This document shows positions 1 to 9,453 of a stretch of 64,000 nucleotides of DNA, piece by piece (within the stretch, counting starts at the first letter, position 1; each line of letters starts with the position of its first letter). The DNA is from Candidatus Latescibacterota bacterium. GTDB taxonomy: Bacteria > Latescibacterota > UBA2968 > GCA-2709665. The DNA is taken from NCBI GenBank assembly GCA_965203805.1, contig OZ241917.1:3008001-3072000 (forward strand), given 5' to 3'. The notes beneath the pieces are model-generated. The model was not told the origin of the DNA, ran no database searches, and worked only from the letters and a program-made list of their open reading frames with translations. The position numbers and the translations under genes are program-made.

Positions 1-2
1 TG

Positions 3-1088
3 ATCGCCAGCGGTACGCTGAACAGCAAAACAGGCAAGTACACTTCCCAGCTCGAAGAGCGATTCGCCAAATGGGTCGGCGCCGAATACGCCGTGGCGAT
101 GAACAGCGCGATGAGCGTGCTGCACACGGCCGTGGCGGCGGCGGGCGTTGGACCGGGCGTGGAGGTCATATGCGACCCGGTGGTCCACTTCGGCGGCGCG
201 GCGGTGATGTATCACAACGGGGTGCCGGTATTCTGCGATATCATAGAGGATAGCTGGAATATGGATCCCGAATCGCTGGAGGCGTCCATCACGGAACACA
301 CGGGCGCCGTCATCTGCACGCCGATGTGGGGCAACCCGCCGGATTACGACGGGATTCTCCGGGTGGCGGACCGGTACGGCCTGCCCGTGATCGAGGACGT
401 GGCGCATGGGGTCGGGGGTTCGTACCGCGGCAGGCCGCTGGGAACGCTTGGGTCGATCGGATCGTACAGCTTTCAGGAGGCCAAACACCTCACCAGCGGC
501 GACGGCGGCATGGCGGTGACCGACCGAACCGAAATGCTGCAGAAGATGCTCGAGATGAGGATCATCAAGACGTCGCTCGGCTGGAATTACCGCATGACGG
601 AACTGCAGGCCGGTGTGATGCTGGCGCAGATGGACCGGGCGGACGACATCATCGCGGCGCATCACAGGGCCGGGGCCCTCTACCGCGAGGCCGCGAAGGA
701 ATCCCCCTGGCTCGTTCCCCAGCGCGTCGAAGATGAATGTGTCCATGCCTATCACGCCGTAGCCTTTCGTTTCGAAGGTGACCGCGTGGGGATTCCCGTG
801 GAGCGTTTTCAGAAGACCATGGCCGATCACGGCTGTCCGGTTTCGATCGGGTACAAGCGACGCTCCGCCGCTGAGGATCCGATCTTCACGGAGGTCCTGG
901 CCTATGGCAAAGGGTGCCCGATCCGGTGCCCCCATTACAAGGGCAACGCGCGCTACGGACCAGGCGTGACGCCCGTGGCCGACCGCGCCGTGCCCCGCAT
1001 GGTCGTGATGCCGATGGACGTTTATACACCGGGGAAGACTGAGGAGTACGCGGAACGGATCCAGGCGGGGTTGAACGCGCTTGCGTGA
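3..1088 (+). CDS. DegT/DnrJ/EryC1/StrS family PLP-dependent aminotransferase (5' truncated by window edge)
   Basis: Frame is open from base 3 (IASGTLNSKTGKYTSQLEERFAKWVGAEYAVAMNS). Motifs IEDVAH, SFQEAKHLTSGDGG (PLP Lys) and GWNYRMTELQA. Confidence 0.9.
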   Translation: MASGTLNSKTGKYTSQLEERFAKWVGAEYAVAMNSAMSVLHTAVAAAGVGPGVEVICDPVVHFGGAAVMYHNGVPVFCDIIEDSWNMDPESLEASITEHTGAVICTPMWGNPPDYDGILRVADRYGLPVIEDVAHGVGGSYRGRPLGTLGSIGSYSFQEAKHLTSGDGGMAVTDRTEMLQKMLEMRIIKTSLGWNYRMTELQAGVMLAQMDRADDIIAAHHRAGALYREAAKESPWLVPQRVEDECVHAYHAVAFRFEGDRVGIPVERFQKTMADHGCPVSIGYKRRSAAEDPIFTEVLAYGKGCPIRCPHYKGNARYGPGVTPVADRAVPRMVVMPMDVYTPGKTEEYAERIQAGLNALA

Positions 1089-1171
1089 TCGATGGACGAG
1101 GGTGTCCAGTTCTGGATCGGTTCCATTACTTGGTGGGGATCCGGCAGCCACGACGGATCGAGCTCCGGAAT

Positions 1172-2089
1172 CTACTGATAAAGCCTTTCCAGCTTGAAAT
1201 TTCCAATGTCCTCCGACTCGACTGCACGGATGATCTGTTCCCTGGTTGAACCGACAAATGTAAACGGGCGGGATAATCGTACCAGGAGTGCGAACCGGTA
1301 CATCTCCATGTCTATCTCCCCATATCCCTCCAGTATATGATCTCGCGTCCATGACAGCCCAAAGCGCATGCCCCAGCACTCCCAATTTGTGAAGTCCCAC
1401 ATTGGCCAGCCTACACCGATCTCCTCCACGTCGACAAACCCGGCGACTTTCGGCTTCGGACGATCAGAGACGATGATATTGCTGAAATGGGTATCCGTAA
1501 AACACAGCGTCCTGGTCAATTCTCCGGGAATGGACGCAGCGTATTTCTCAAACAGTCGATGGTATTTTCTTTCGAAATCCTTATTGATCACCCCCGCCTC
1601 ACGAAGCTGCCCGACGAAATCCTCCATGCGCTGATACGCGCCTGCTCTCGTGTGCTTGAAAATATACTCCGGGACCGGCGCGGCCACGTTTACCTGGTGC
1701 AGGCGGCGCAGCGCCCGACCCAGTTCTCGACAAAGCGCGTGGCTCTTCTCTCCCGGTCCTTCTCTTCTGATGATCTCGGATGAGGGCACAGCCTCAATCC
1801 AGGATATCAGCAGACAGCCGTTCGGAAAATCCGAATCGGGTTCAATCGTTGCCTCTACGTGCGGACATGGCACGCCCCCCTTGCGCAACTGCTCGTACGC
1901 CCATTTTTGCCGAAGAAGTGGGATTGGACCGTCTTCGATTCGAAGTAGATGTCGTCGCCCTGACTTGCACGTCACCAACACGTCATCTCGTTCGTCTTTT
2001 ACTGGGGCAACGGATTCGACAGGAGATTTGTCGATGGACTCGATCAGGGCCTGCAGTTTGGAATTGAGAGGGCTTCTGGGCGATGTCAT
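1172..2089 (-). CDS. Aminoglycoside phosphotransferase / choline-kinase-like protein
   Basis: GVPCPHV, LGRALRRLH, Brenner-like FTDTHFSNII, FVDVEE and GWPMWDF. Start placed at ATG 2089; the ORF extends to 2170. Confidence 0.75.
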   Translation of the reverse strand: MTSPRSPLNSKLQALIESIDKSPVESVAPVKDERDDVLVTCKSGRRHLLRIEDGPIPLLRQKWAYEQLRKGGVPCPHVEATIEPDSDFPNGCLLISWIEAVPSSEIIRREGPGEKSHALCRELGRALRRLHQVNVAAPVPEYIFKHTRAGAYQRMEDFVGQLREAGVINKDFERKYHRLFEKYAASIPGELTRTLCFTDTHFSNIIVSDRPKPKVAGFVDVEEIGVGWPMWDFTNWECWGMRFGLSWTRDHILEGYGEIDMEMYRFALLVRLSRPFTFVGSTREQIIRAVESEDIGNFKLERLYQ

Positions 2090-2200
2090 CGCGGGTCTTT
2101 GCGAAGGCATACGGCGCCAATCGAGTTCACCAAGGTTGAATTTCGGCGAAAACCGCCACTTCCGTCTCAAAATGAAAATCGAGATGCCGCACCGCTATGT

Positions 2201-3061
2201 TCAATGCCCGTGCATTTCTTCCGTTCCATGAACGGCGCCGGACTCAACGAAGTAGAGGCCGTAGGCCAGACCGATTCCCACGAGAAGGGATACCATGAGT
2301 TTGCCGCGGTCGTGGCTGTGGAAGTGGATCTCGGGAAGCAAATCGCTCAGGGCAATGCACAGGAACCCGCCGGCGGCAAATGCGAGCGCATAGCCGATGA
2401 CCGAGCCGTCGTCCATGCCGAGAAGTCCCACCCCCCAAAAACCGGCAAGAGCCACAACGGGACACAATGAAGCAAACGCGACGTTTGCCACGGTGCGCGC
2501 GCGCGCGCCGTAGCCCGCGAACTTCATCATGCCGATGATGGAATACGCATCGAGGGGCTTGTGAAGCACAATGGCCAGGAATACGCCGAGCGCCGGCAGC
2601 GCCCCGCCGTCTTCGTGTGGCGAACTCACCCGCATGCTGGTGCCCAGGGCGACGCCTTCCGTTACGGTATGCACCCCGAGGCCCATGGCGACCCCGAACA
2701 TGCTCCGCGTCTGCGCGCCCGAATGTCTGTGGACATGATGGTCGTACAGTTCGCCCGCCTCGGAGCTGAAGTCGTGCTGATGGAAATGGAAGATGCGCAG
2801 CAGGAAGATCATCAGGATCATACCGAAGACCACGCACGCCACGGCTTTCTCGACATTTCCGGGTCCGCTGATCCGTTCAAGACTGTGAGGGAATAGATGG
2901 TACATGGCGATTCCCAGGACAAAACCCGCCACGAGGCTCATCAGGATCTGTATCCGCGTGTGGGTCATGGATCCCAGAACGGCCAGTCTCCCGCCGACAA
3001 AGGAAACGGCAAAGATGCCGAGTGAATATCCGGAAATGATCAATAGCCCGTCGTAATCCAC
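2201..3061 (-). CDS. ZIP family metal transporter
   Basis: Multi-TM protein with HLFPHS, His-rich loop (HFHQH, HHVHRH), HTVTEG, AIVLHKPLD and SDLLPE ZIP signatures. Confidence 0.88.
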   Translation of the reverse strand: MDYDGLLIISGYSLGIFAVSFVGGRLAVLGSMTHTRIQILMSLVAGFVLGIAMYHLFPHSLERISGPGNVEKAVACVVFGMILMIFLLRIFHFHQHDFSSEAGELYDHHVHRHSGAQTRSMFGVAMGLGVHTVTEGVALGTSMRVSSPHEDGGALPALGVFLAIVLHKPLDAYSIIGMMKFAGYGARARTVANVAFASLCPVVALAGFWGVGLLGMDDGSVIGYALAFAAGGFLCIALSDLLPEIHFHSHDRGKLMVSLLVGIGLAYGLYFVESGAVHGTEEMHGH

Positions 3062-3275
3062 AAAACCCTCACCTCAGAATTGCCTTTCGAAGCCGAGAAG
3101 TCCTCTCACGCATCGACCGGTGTAATCGCAATTCCGGCGCATGATTGCCGGGTGCCGGACCGGGAAATCCCACGAGAAGCGGCGGTATCCCAAGATACGT
3201 TTCTTCATTGTAATTTTTCAGGGGCAACCCCCGGAGCATCCTGCCCATCGGCGTGCCTGGAGAAACGACCTCCCT

Positions 3276-4598
3276 TCAGCTCCGGTTGCGGGTCAGCCGA
3301 TCCCAGGCCGCGCGCCAGCGCTTCGACAGGGGCCGGATGTTCAGTACCAGGTCCTCCCATCCGCTGCGGAGCGCGCCCGCCCGGAAACGCCAGATGATGA
3401 GCGCGACGAGAATGAGGCCCGACCCCCACTGCAGGACCTGTATCGTCGGCGATTCGGAGGGGCCGAGGTACACCGGAATCGTAAAACCGGTGACCAGCAA
3501 CAGCGCGTCGATCACGATTCCGAGAGCAACCGTCACCGCGACAACCGCCGCGACGTATATGGTCGCAAAACGTGCGCCGAACTGGCTGACGATGATCGCG
3601 ATCGTACCGGTATTCGTGGCCGGCCCGGTCATCAGGAAAATCAGCGCCGCCCCGGGACTGAATCCCTTGGCGACGAGGGCCGCCGCAATCGGCGTGCTCG
3701 CGGATGCGCAGATATATAGCGGAACGCCGACCAGCACCATCACGGGATAGGAGATCCAGCGGGCGTATTCGTTCGTCATCAGATCACCCGGTATCACCAG
3801 AAAGAGCACCCCGCCCAGGGCTATGCCAACCAGCAGCGCGAAGAGGATGTCGTCCGCAATCTCTACGAACCCGTAGTGAAAGACGTGCTTCACCAGCCTC
3901 TTGAAATCCAGCGCCTGATCGTCGGGAGACGACGATGCCTTTCCGGCCTCGGACGCATCCGGCGCGTCGCGGTAAAAGGCCGGCTTCATCCAGGAAAGGG
4001 CCGGCCATCGGCCGGCCCTTCTCGCGGCGTTCTTCAGCCATTGCACGAAAAGGTCCTTCAGTCGCGAGAAGCTGACATAGCAGTCGTCTGTCTCAGGAAT
4101 GAGGGGTTCGTGCGAACAGTGGTCGTGATCATGGTCATGGTCGTCGTGACAATGGTCCGACCCGGGTTCTTCCTGGCCGTTGCGTATAAGGCCGATGCAG
4201 AAGATGCCGGCGACGCAGGCCGTGATGAAACTGATGAGGGGACGGACGACCGCTGCGACGAAGCCGAAAAAGGCGTTTGTGACCAGGATCGAGTCCGCGC
4301 CCGTCTCCGGAGCGGTTATCAGGAAGGACATGCAGGCCGAACGGGACGCACCCTTGCGGCGCATCTCTGCAACCACAGGCACGACGGAACAACTGCACAA
4401 AGGCACGGGTACGCCGACGGCCGAACTCACGGCAACGGATTTCAGGCTGTCGTCCTTGAGCCACCGGAGGATGGCCTGACGGGAGATGAACACGTGGATG
4501 AGACCTGAGAGGAACAAGCCCAGCAGCAGCATGGGCGCAAGCAACAGGGACGACATCCAGAGAAAGTCGAAAAAACCGATCAATGTCTGCTGTGCCAC
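3276..4598 (-). CDS. DUF318/ArsP-like permease (SO_0444-type Cu/Zn efflux) with His-rich loop
   Basis: GVPVPLCSCSVVP, SFLITAPETG, PLYICASASTPIAA and GPATN motifs; DHCHDDHDHDHDHCSH loop; GGAG RBS before GTG. Confidence 0.85.
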   Translation of the reverse strand: MAQQTLIGFFDFLWMSSLLLAPMLLLGLFLSGLIHVFISRQAILRWLKDDSLKSVAVSSAVGVPVPLCSCSVVPVVAEMRRKGASRSACMSFLITAPETGADSILVTNAFFGFVAAVVRPLISFITACVAGIFCIGLIRNGQEEPGSDHCHDDHDHDHDHCSHEPLIPETDDCYVSFSRLKDLFVQWLKNAARRAGRWPALSWMKPAFYRDAPDASEAGKASSSPDDQALDFKRLVKHVFHYGFVEIADDILFALLVGIALGGVLFLVIPGDLMTNEYARWISYPVMVLVGVPLYICASASTPIAAALVAKGFSPGAALIFLMTGPATNTGTIAIIVSQFGARFATIYVAAVVAVTVALGIVIDALLLVTGFTIPVYLGPSESPTIQVLQWGSGLILVALIIWRFRAGALRSGWEDLVLNIRPLSKRWRAAWDRLTRNRS

Positions 4599-4794
4599 GC
4601 AATCGTCTCCACAGCATCGGGGGATGCGAGGGGCCGCCCTGCAGGCGTTTCAGAGACCTGCAGCGGAAGGCGCCGTTCAATGCGACACACGCTCGGTTGT
4701 GCCGGCCGGCCTGTCCATGGATACAAAAGTCCGATCCCCTTCAGGGACCGGAGCGGCAAAAATACTGATTATCGAATTTCGAGTCAAGGACGAC

Positions 4795-4824
4795 ATACTA
4801 TTTAGTATAAAAACGGGCTGTCAA
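4795..4824 (-). promoter_or_regulatory. Sigma70-like promoter for the metal-transporter genes with an overlapping 6-2-6 inverted repeat
   Basis: Minus strand TTGACA (4824-4819), 18 nt, TAGTAT (4800-4795). Perfect inverted repeat ATACTA-TT-TAGTAT at 4795-4808. Confidence 0.55.
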
Positions 4825-5588
4825 AGCGTCTCCTGAGCAGTACCCCTGACATAGCGCGGTCGGTTGTGAACCGGTCGGAACCCGATGCGCCGGTATACGC
4901 TTTCGGCGGCGCTGCCGGCAGCCACTTCGAGCCCGGTCCATCGATTGCCCATCGCATACGAGTCCGCAACCGTTCGAGCGGTCATCGCGGACGCCACGCC
5001 TCGGCGGCGGTATTCCGGCAACGTGCCTACGAAGTCCACGCAACCCATGCCGTATGCGGAGTAAAGCAACGTGGTTCCCGCCGGCTTACCGTCCACGGTT
5101 GCAAGGTAGAGCCGTACCTCGGGAACGTCCAGGACCATGCGTCCCAGTGCACCCACGTCGTCCGGAAAGTCGAAGCTGCGACACATGGTGTCGGCCCAGT
5201 CTTCGTACCGTCCGGGATCCTGTTCTTCAATACGCACGGATCCGGGAACGACGGGTTGTACGACCTGGTCGCACCGCATCGCCACGGCCTGCATGGCAAG
5301 ACTGAAACCGCGGCGTTCCAGCCGTTCGGCAAGATCCGAGGGCCGGTCCAGGGGCGACAGGGTGAACGCGCATTCAAAGTCCCTGGCTCTGAAATAGTCG
5401 AGCGCGCTGTCGATCATGGTGTCCACCCCTGTCTCGGTCACGTCTATCTGTACGACGCGGTGCAGCATAGGCACCCTGACGTGGTCGTTGCTGAGTGCCA
5501 GGGCCCCGCCCAGATCGTGGCAGTTGCACCAGCGCGCACGGAAGCCGATCCAGAGTTTTTCGAAAACTGATGTGAACCGGTCAGGCAC
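4821..5588 (-). CDS. GNAT family N-acetyltransferase
   Basis: C-terminal VGTLPEYRRRGVAS acetyl-CoA motif and VYRRIGF. Confidence 0.85.
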   Translation of the reverse strand: MPDRFTSVFEKLWIGFRARWCNCHDLGGALALSNDHVRVPMLHRVVQIDVTETGVDTMIDSALDYFRARDFECAFTLSPLDRPSDLAERLERRGFSLAMQAVAMRCDQVVQPVVPGSVRIEEQDPGRYEDWADTMCRSFDFPDDVGALGRMVLDVPEVRLYLATVDGKPAGTTLLYSAYGMGCVDFVGTLPEYRRRGVASAMTARTVADSYAMGNRWTGLEVAAGSAAESVYRRIGFRPVHNRPRYVRGTAQETL

Positions 5589-5865
5589 GGGACTTTAGAC
5601 CCTCCGGGATTCTGTTCCGTTTCGCGGCGCCGGCGCCAACGTGACGGCTTGCTTCCCGCTGACTACCAGTCGAATTCAAGCTGACATCCTTTGCGATCGT
5701 CTGCCATATTTGTATATTATCTTGCTTCTGAAAGCGGGTCGGCCAACCGGGATTTGCAACTTCTCGCCCTGTGTTCCGTATAATGGTCGCATCGGATCAC
5801 CGTTCCGCCCGGGTGGGAGATTTTGCCGGTCCCTTCAACAGACGCGGAAAACGAGGTCTTGCAAT

Positions 5866-6876
5866 ATGAGATTTGTCGTAACCGGCAGCAACGGCTTCAT
5901 CGGCCAGAATTCATGCCGCCGCCTGGCCGCGCTCGGACACGAAGTCATTGGTGTGGACGATCTGTCTTCCGGGACCCCTCCCAACGGCGTGAACGGCATT
6001 CGGTACCACACTCGCAGCGTTGTGGATGCGGATTGGCTCGTGGGACTCCTGAAAGACACGGTCCCGGACGCGATCCTTCACCTGGCGGCAAAGCCGAGGG
6101 TCCCGTATTCGGTGCGGAATCCGCTGCGCAGCGCCGAGGCGAACGCGATGGGAACGCTGTCTGTTCTCAACGGGATTCTAAAGGCTGAACTGACAGAGAA
6201 AACCCGGCTGGTTTTCGCCAGCAGCAGCGCGGTTTTCGGCGACGCGACGGCCCTCCCGACACCGGAGACATACCCCTCGAATCCACAGTCGCCGTACGCG
6301 CTGGCAAAGCTCCAGGGCGAGCAGTGGTGCGACCTGTTTCATCGCTTGTACGGCCTGGACGTGGTGAGCCTGCGGTATTTCAATGTGTTCGGACCCGGCG
6401 CGCTCTACGGGGGCGCCTATTCCACGGTCCTTTCGGCCTGGCCCTACCATCTTTTCGTAGATCCTTCCAACCGGCCCTTCCTGGAGGGCGACGGAACCCA
6501 GACACGTGACTTCTGCTTTGTCGACAACGTCGTCGAGGCGAATATCGCCGCGGCCACCCGGGAACACGGCTTCGCGGCGGACGTTCTGAACGTGGGACAG
6601 GGCGAGGCCCACACCCTGCTTGAGGTCAAGGGAATTCTGGAGGAAGTCGCCGGCAGGAAGCTCAATCTTGAACGCCGGCCGCCCCGCGTCGGCGACGTTG
6701 CCCACACCCTGGCCGACATCAAGCGCGCGCGGTCGGAACTCGGGTTCGAACCGTCGACCGACTTCACCACCCAGGTGGAAACAACGGCGATATGGTTCCG
6801 CGATTGTTATCCGCTGCGGCGGTCGGACAATTACGGCGAGAAGAAGAGAGATAAGGCGGGCACGGGGAGCGGATGA
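5866..6876 (+). CDS. NAD-dependent epimerase/dehydratase (UDP-hexose 4-epimerase-like)
   Basis: VTGSNGFIG, HLAA, ASSSAVFG, YALAK, LRYFNVFGP and RDFCFVDNV; GAGG RBS before ATG 5866. Confidence 0.92.
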   Translation: MRFVVTGSNGFIGQNSCRRLAALGHEVIGVDDLSSGTPPNGVNGIRYHTRSVVDADWLVGLLKDTVPDAILHLAAKPRVPYSVRNPLRSAEANAMGTLSVLNGILKAELTEKTRLVFASSSAVFGDATALPTPETYPSNPQSPYALAKLQGEQWCDLFHRLYGLDVVSLRYFNVFGPGALYGGAYSTVLSAWPYHLFVDPSNRPFLEGDGTQTRDFCFVDNVVEANIAAATREHGFAADVLNVGQGEAHTLLEVKGILEEVAGRKLNLERRPPRVGDVAHTLADIKRARSELGFEPSTDFTTQVETTAIWFRDCYPLRRSDNYGEKKRDKAGTGSG

Positions 6877-6926
6877 AGTCGCCGCGATGATCTGAAAGTG
6901 GGACCCAGACGCTCGGGCTGGAAGAT

Positions 6927-7003
6927 TGGTGGGCGATACTGGATTCGAACCAGTGACCTCCTGCTTGTAAGGCAGGCGCTCTAACCGGCTGAGCTAACCG
7001 CCC
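6927..7003 (-). tRNA. tRNA-Val(TAC)
   Basis: Minus strand GGGCGGTTAGCTCAGCCGGTTAGAGCGCCTGCCTTACAAGCAGGAGGTCACTGGTTCGAATCCAGTATCGCCCACCA; cloverleaf, anticodon TAC, encoded CCA. Confidence 0.97.
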
Positions 7004-7305
7004 ACGGACTTGCCGGACGCCTCGTCGGGCGGTTTTTTCGATTCGCCCAGCAGGAGGCCGAGTGGGATCAGCACGCAATACCCTATGACCAGCAGAATGG
7101 GCGCAAGCGTGAGTGACAGGAAACCGTCGACCGGGGGTTGGGACAGGCAAATGTAGCCAATCAGTATCGTCCCTGCGCCCGCTCCCAGAAAGGTCCAGTT
7201 CCTGCGGGTATAGGGCAACGGACGCCCTGCCGGCTCCCGCCGCTGTGTCTGAGCCCTGCGTCCCGTGCGGCCGCGAGGGCGTCGTCCTGGATTGCGCGTC
7301 GCCAT
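6994..7305 (-). CDS. Small two-TM membrane protein, DUF3098-like
   Basis: Basic N-terminus, then LPYTRRNWTFLGAG..IGY..DGFLSLTLAPILLVIGY. Directly downstream of rplS; the stop codon lies inside the tRNA. Confidence 0.7.
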   Translation of the reverse strand: MATRNPGRRPRGRTGRRAQTQRREPAGRPLPYTRRNWTFLGAGAGTILIGYICLSQPPVDGFLSLTLAPILLVIGYCVLIPLGLLLGESKKPPDEASGKSVGG

Positions 7306-7326
7306 CCGATTAACCCGTGTGGTCGA

Positions 7327-7680
7327 TTACGTGGCCCGTTTCTCCGCAATCCTCGCGGCCCTGCCCTGCAGCGCGCGCAGGTAGGTAATGCGATTCCTGC
7401 GGACCTTACCGCTCCGAATCAGCTCGACGCTTGCAACCCGCGGTGAATGGAGCGGGAAAATCCTTTCAACGCCCACACCGCCCACCACCATCTTTCGTAC
7501 GGTAAATGTCTCGTGGATCCCGTGGCCCCGACGCTGGATCACCACGCCTTCGAACAACTGCGTGCGCTCCTTCTCGCCTTCCACAACCCGCACGTGCACC
7601 CGCACGGTGTCCCCGGCCCCGAATGCCGGCACGTCGGACTTGATCTGTTCCTCCGATAACGACCTCAACAAAGCATCCAT
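7327..7680 (-). CDS. rplS: 50S ribosomal protein L19
   Basis: [56 protein letters not shown]; AGGAG RBS. Confidence 0.97.
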   Translation of the reverse strand: MDALLRSLSEEQIKSDVPAFGAGDTVRVHVRVVEGEKERTQLFEGVVIQRRGHGIHETFTVRKMVVGGVGVERIFPLHSPRVASVELIRSGKVRRNRITYLRALQGRAARIAEKRAT

Positions 7681-7769
7681 GACAACACTCCTGAAACGAT
7701 GAAATTCGTCCTTGGAAAAACTGACGCCGTAATCCATTCTGAATGCGCCGTTAAAATCCCGCCAGGGGA

Positions 7770-8507
7770 TTATCTCCCGTGCCCGCCGGCATTGTGGTTT
7801 CCTGCACTGGAGCCGTAGCCGGACTCTCTGATATTGTAAAGGTCCGGACGCCGTTTCCGGGTCCGTTCTACCGCCGCGTCGTGCCGCCATTTTGCAATCT
7901 GCCGATGGTCGCCGCTCAACAGAACATCCGGAACCCGCAGCCCTTCGAACTCCCTGGGTCTTGTATACCACGGACAATCCAGAAGTCCGTTCTGAAACGA
8001 ATCCTCCAGGGCGGATTCCGCATCTCCCATCGCCCCGGGGATCAATCGCACGATCGCATCCATCAGCGCCAGCGCGGGCAATTCGCCGCCACTCAAGACG
8101 TAATCGCCAACAGAAATCTCTTCGGTCACATACAACTCGCGAACCCGTTCGTCGATTCCCCTGTACCGCCCGCACAAAAACACCAGATTCGGCGCGAGGG
8201 AAAGTCGGTTTACCGTCTTCTGATCCAGCCGCTTCCCCTCCGGCGTCAGAAATATCACGTGCTCCAGCGGCCGCCCTGCCTCCTGAATGGCCCCCAGCGC
8301 CCGCGCGATCGGTCCCGGCATGAACACCATACCCGCGCCGCCGCCGCAGGGTGTGTCGTCAACCGTACGGTGCAAGTCGTCGGTAAAGTCCCGCAGATCG
8401 TGCGCAACGACGTCAACCAGACCCGACCGTATCGCACGACCCGAAATTCCGTACGTAACGACGTCACGGATCAGATTCGGAAATATGGTGAGGAAGTCGA
8501 TGTGCAT
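7770..8507 (-). CDS. trmD: tRNA (guanine37-N1)-methyltransferase
   Basis: [39 protein letters not shown] and [10 protein letters not shown]. Confidence 0.97.
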   Translation of the reverse strand: MHIDFLTIFPNLIRDVVTYGISGRAIRSGLVDVVAHDLRDFTDDLHRTVDDTPCGGGAGMVFMPGPIARALGAIQEAGRPLEHVIFLTPEGKRLDQKTVNRLSLAPNLVFLCGRYRGIDERVRELYVTEEISVGDYVLSGGELPALALMDAIVRLIPGAMGDAESALEDSFQNGLLDCPWYTRPREFEGLRVPDVLLSGDHRQIAKWRHDAAVERTRKRRPDLYNIRESGYGSSAGNHNAGGHGR

Positions 8508-8546
8508 CGCGGCGTTTCCCGGCATGTCGCGTTCTGGCCTGGAACC

Positions 8547-9077
8547 CTAATCCAGGAGTCCTTCCACGTTCTTCACGACCAGACGCCCGCCCGCCAGATC
8601 GACCCGAACCAGGTCCCTTGCTGCGGGTACCAGAACCTCTGTCCCATCCCGCCTGCTGATCACGTACAGATCGTTTCCAGGGTGGGATATGACATCCTTC
8701 ACATTTCCGATTTCCGCGCCTGCTTCCGTCTCCGCCTTCAGCCCCACGATCTCAAACACGTAGAACGTGTCGTCAGGAAGCCGATACACCTGGTCGGCGG
8801 AGACCAGCAACTCGCTTCCCCTCAACGGCGCGACCGCCTCGGGCGAATCGATACCCCCGAACTTGATGGCCATCCGCCGTCCGTAGGTCCGCACGTGGTC
8901 GATCCCGAGTGTCAACCGGTTCCCGTCAGGTTTTTGGAGCAGGGATTCGCTGAGTTCCTGAAACCGTTCCGGGAAATCCGTCAGGGGATGCAGAAACGCC
9001 TCGCCCCCGAGGCCCCTTGGTTTCAGAACCCTCCCGATAGCGACGAATCGTCCACCACCTGCCGGATTTCTGGACAA
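8547..9077 (-). CDS. rimM: 16S rRNA processing protein RimM
   Basis: IGRVLKPRGLGGE, TDFPERF, FYVFEIVGL and EVLVP; lies between rpsP and trmD. Confidence 0.95.
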   Translation of the reverse strand: MSRNPAGGGRFVAIGRVLKPRGLGGEAFLHPLTDFPERFQELSESLLQKPDGNRLTLGIDHVRTYGRRMAIKFGGIDSPEAVAPLRGSELLVSADQVYRLPDDTFYVFEIVGLKAETEAGAEIGNVKDVISHPGNDLYVISRRDGTEVLVPAARDLVRVDLAGGRLVVKNVEGLLD

Positions 9078-9080
9078 GGA

Positions 9081-9386
9081 CTATTCCTCGACTTCGGGAC
9101 CCACGCCGTCCGTCTCATCCGAATCCGCCGGGGGCGTGGCGCTTTCGTCCAGAATTCCCTGCTGTCGAAACAGGCTCTTCACGGTTCCTGACGGCTCTGC
9201 GCCCAGGTCCAGCCAGTGGCGTGCCCGCTCGGCATTCAAGCTCACGATCTGCGGATTCTCCGTCGGATCGTAATACCCCAGGCTTTCAATGAACCGGCCG
9301 TCCCTGGGGGACCGGCTGTCCGCGACCACGACCCTGTAAAACGGCGCGTTCCTCGCGCCTTTGCGGGTCAATCGAATCCTTACCAA
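9081..9386 (-). CDS. rpsP: 30S ribosomal protein S16
   Basis: [36 protein letters not shown]; TTG start after GGAGG. Confidence 0.97.
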   Translation of the reverse strand: MVRIRLTRKGARNAPFYRVVVADSRSPRDGRFIESLGYYDPTENPQIVSLNAERARHWLDLGAEPSGTVKSLFRQQGILDESATPPADSDETDGVGPEVEE

Positions 9387-9453
9387 AATCCATCCTCCTG
9401 ATCTGAGAAGCAACTGCCGGACTTCCGTTGCTTCGTGGATAACTGACTGCACT

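Noticed and set aside
7779-9191. Long opposite-strand or alternate-frame ORFs (also 22795-24249, 31339-32718, 35533-36894, 43899-45863)
   Set aside because: They are shadows of well-identified genes in GC-rich DNA, with no recognisable motifs.
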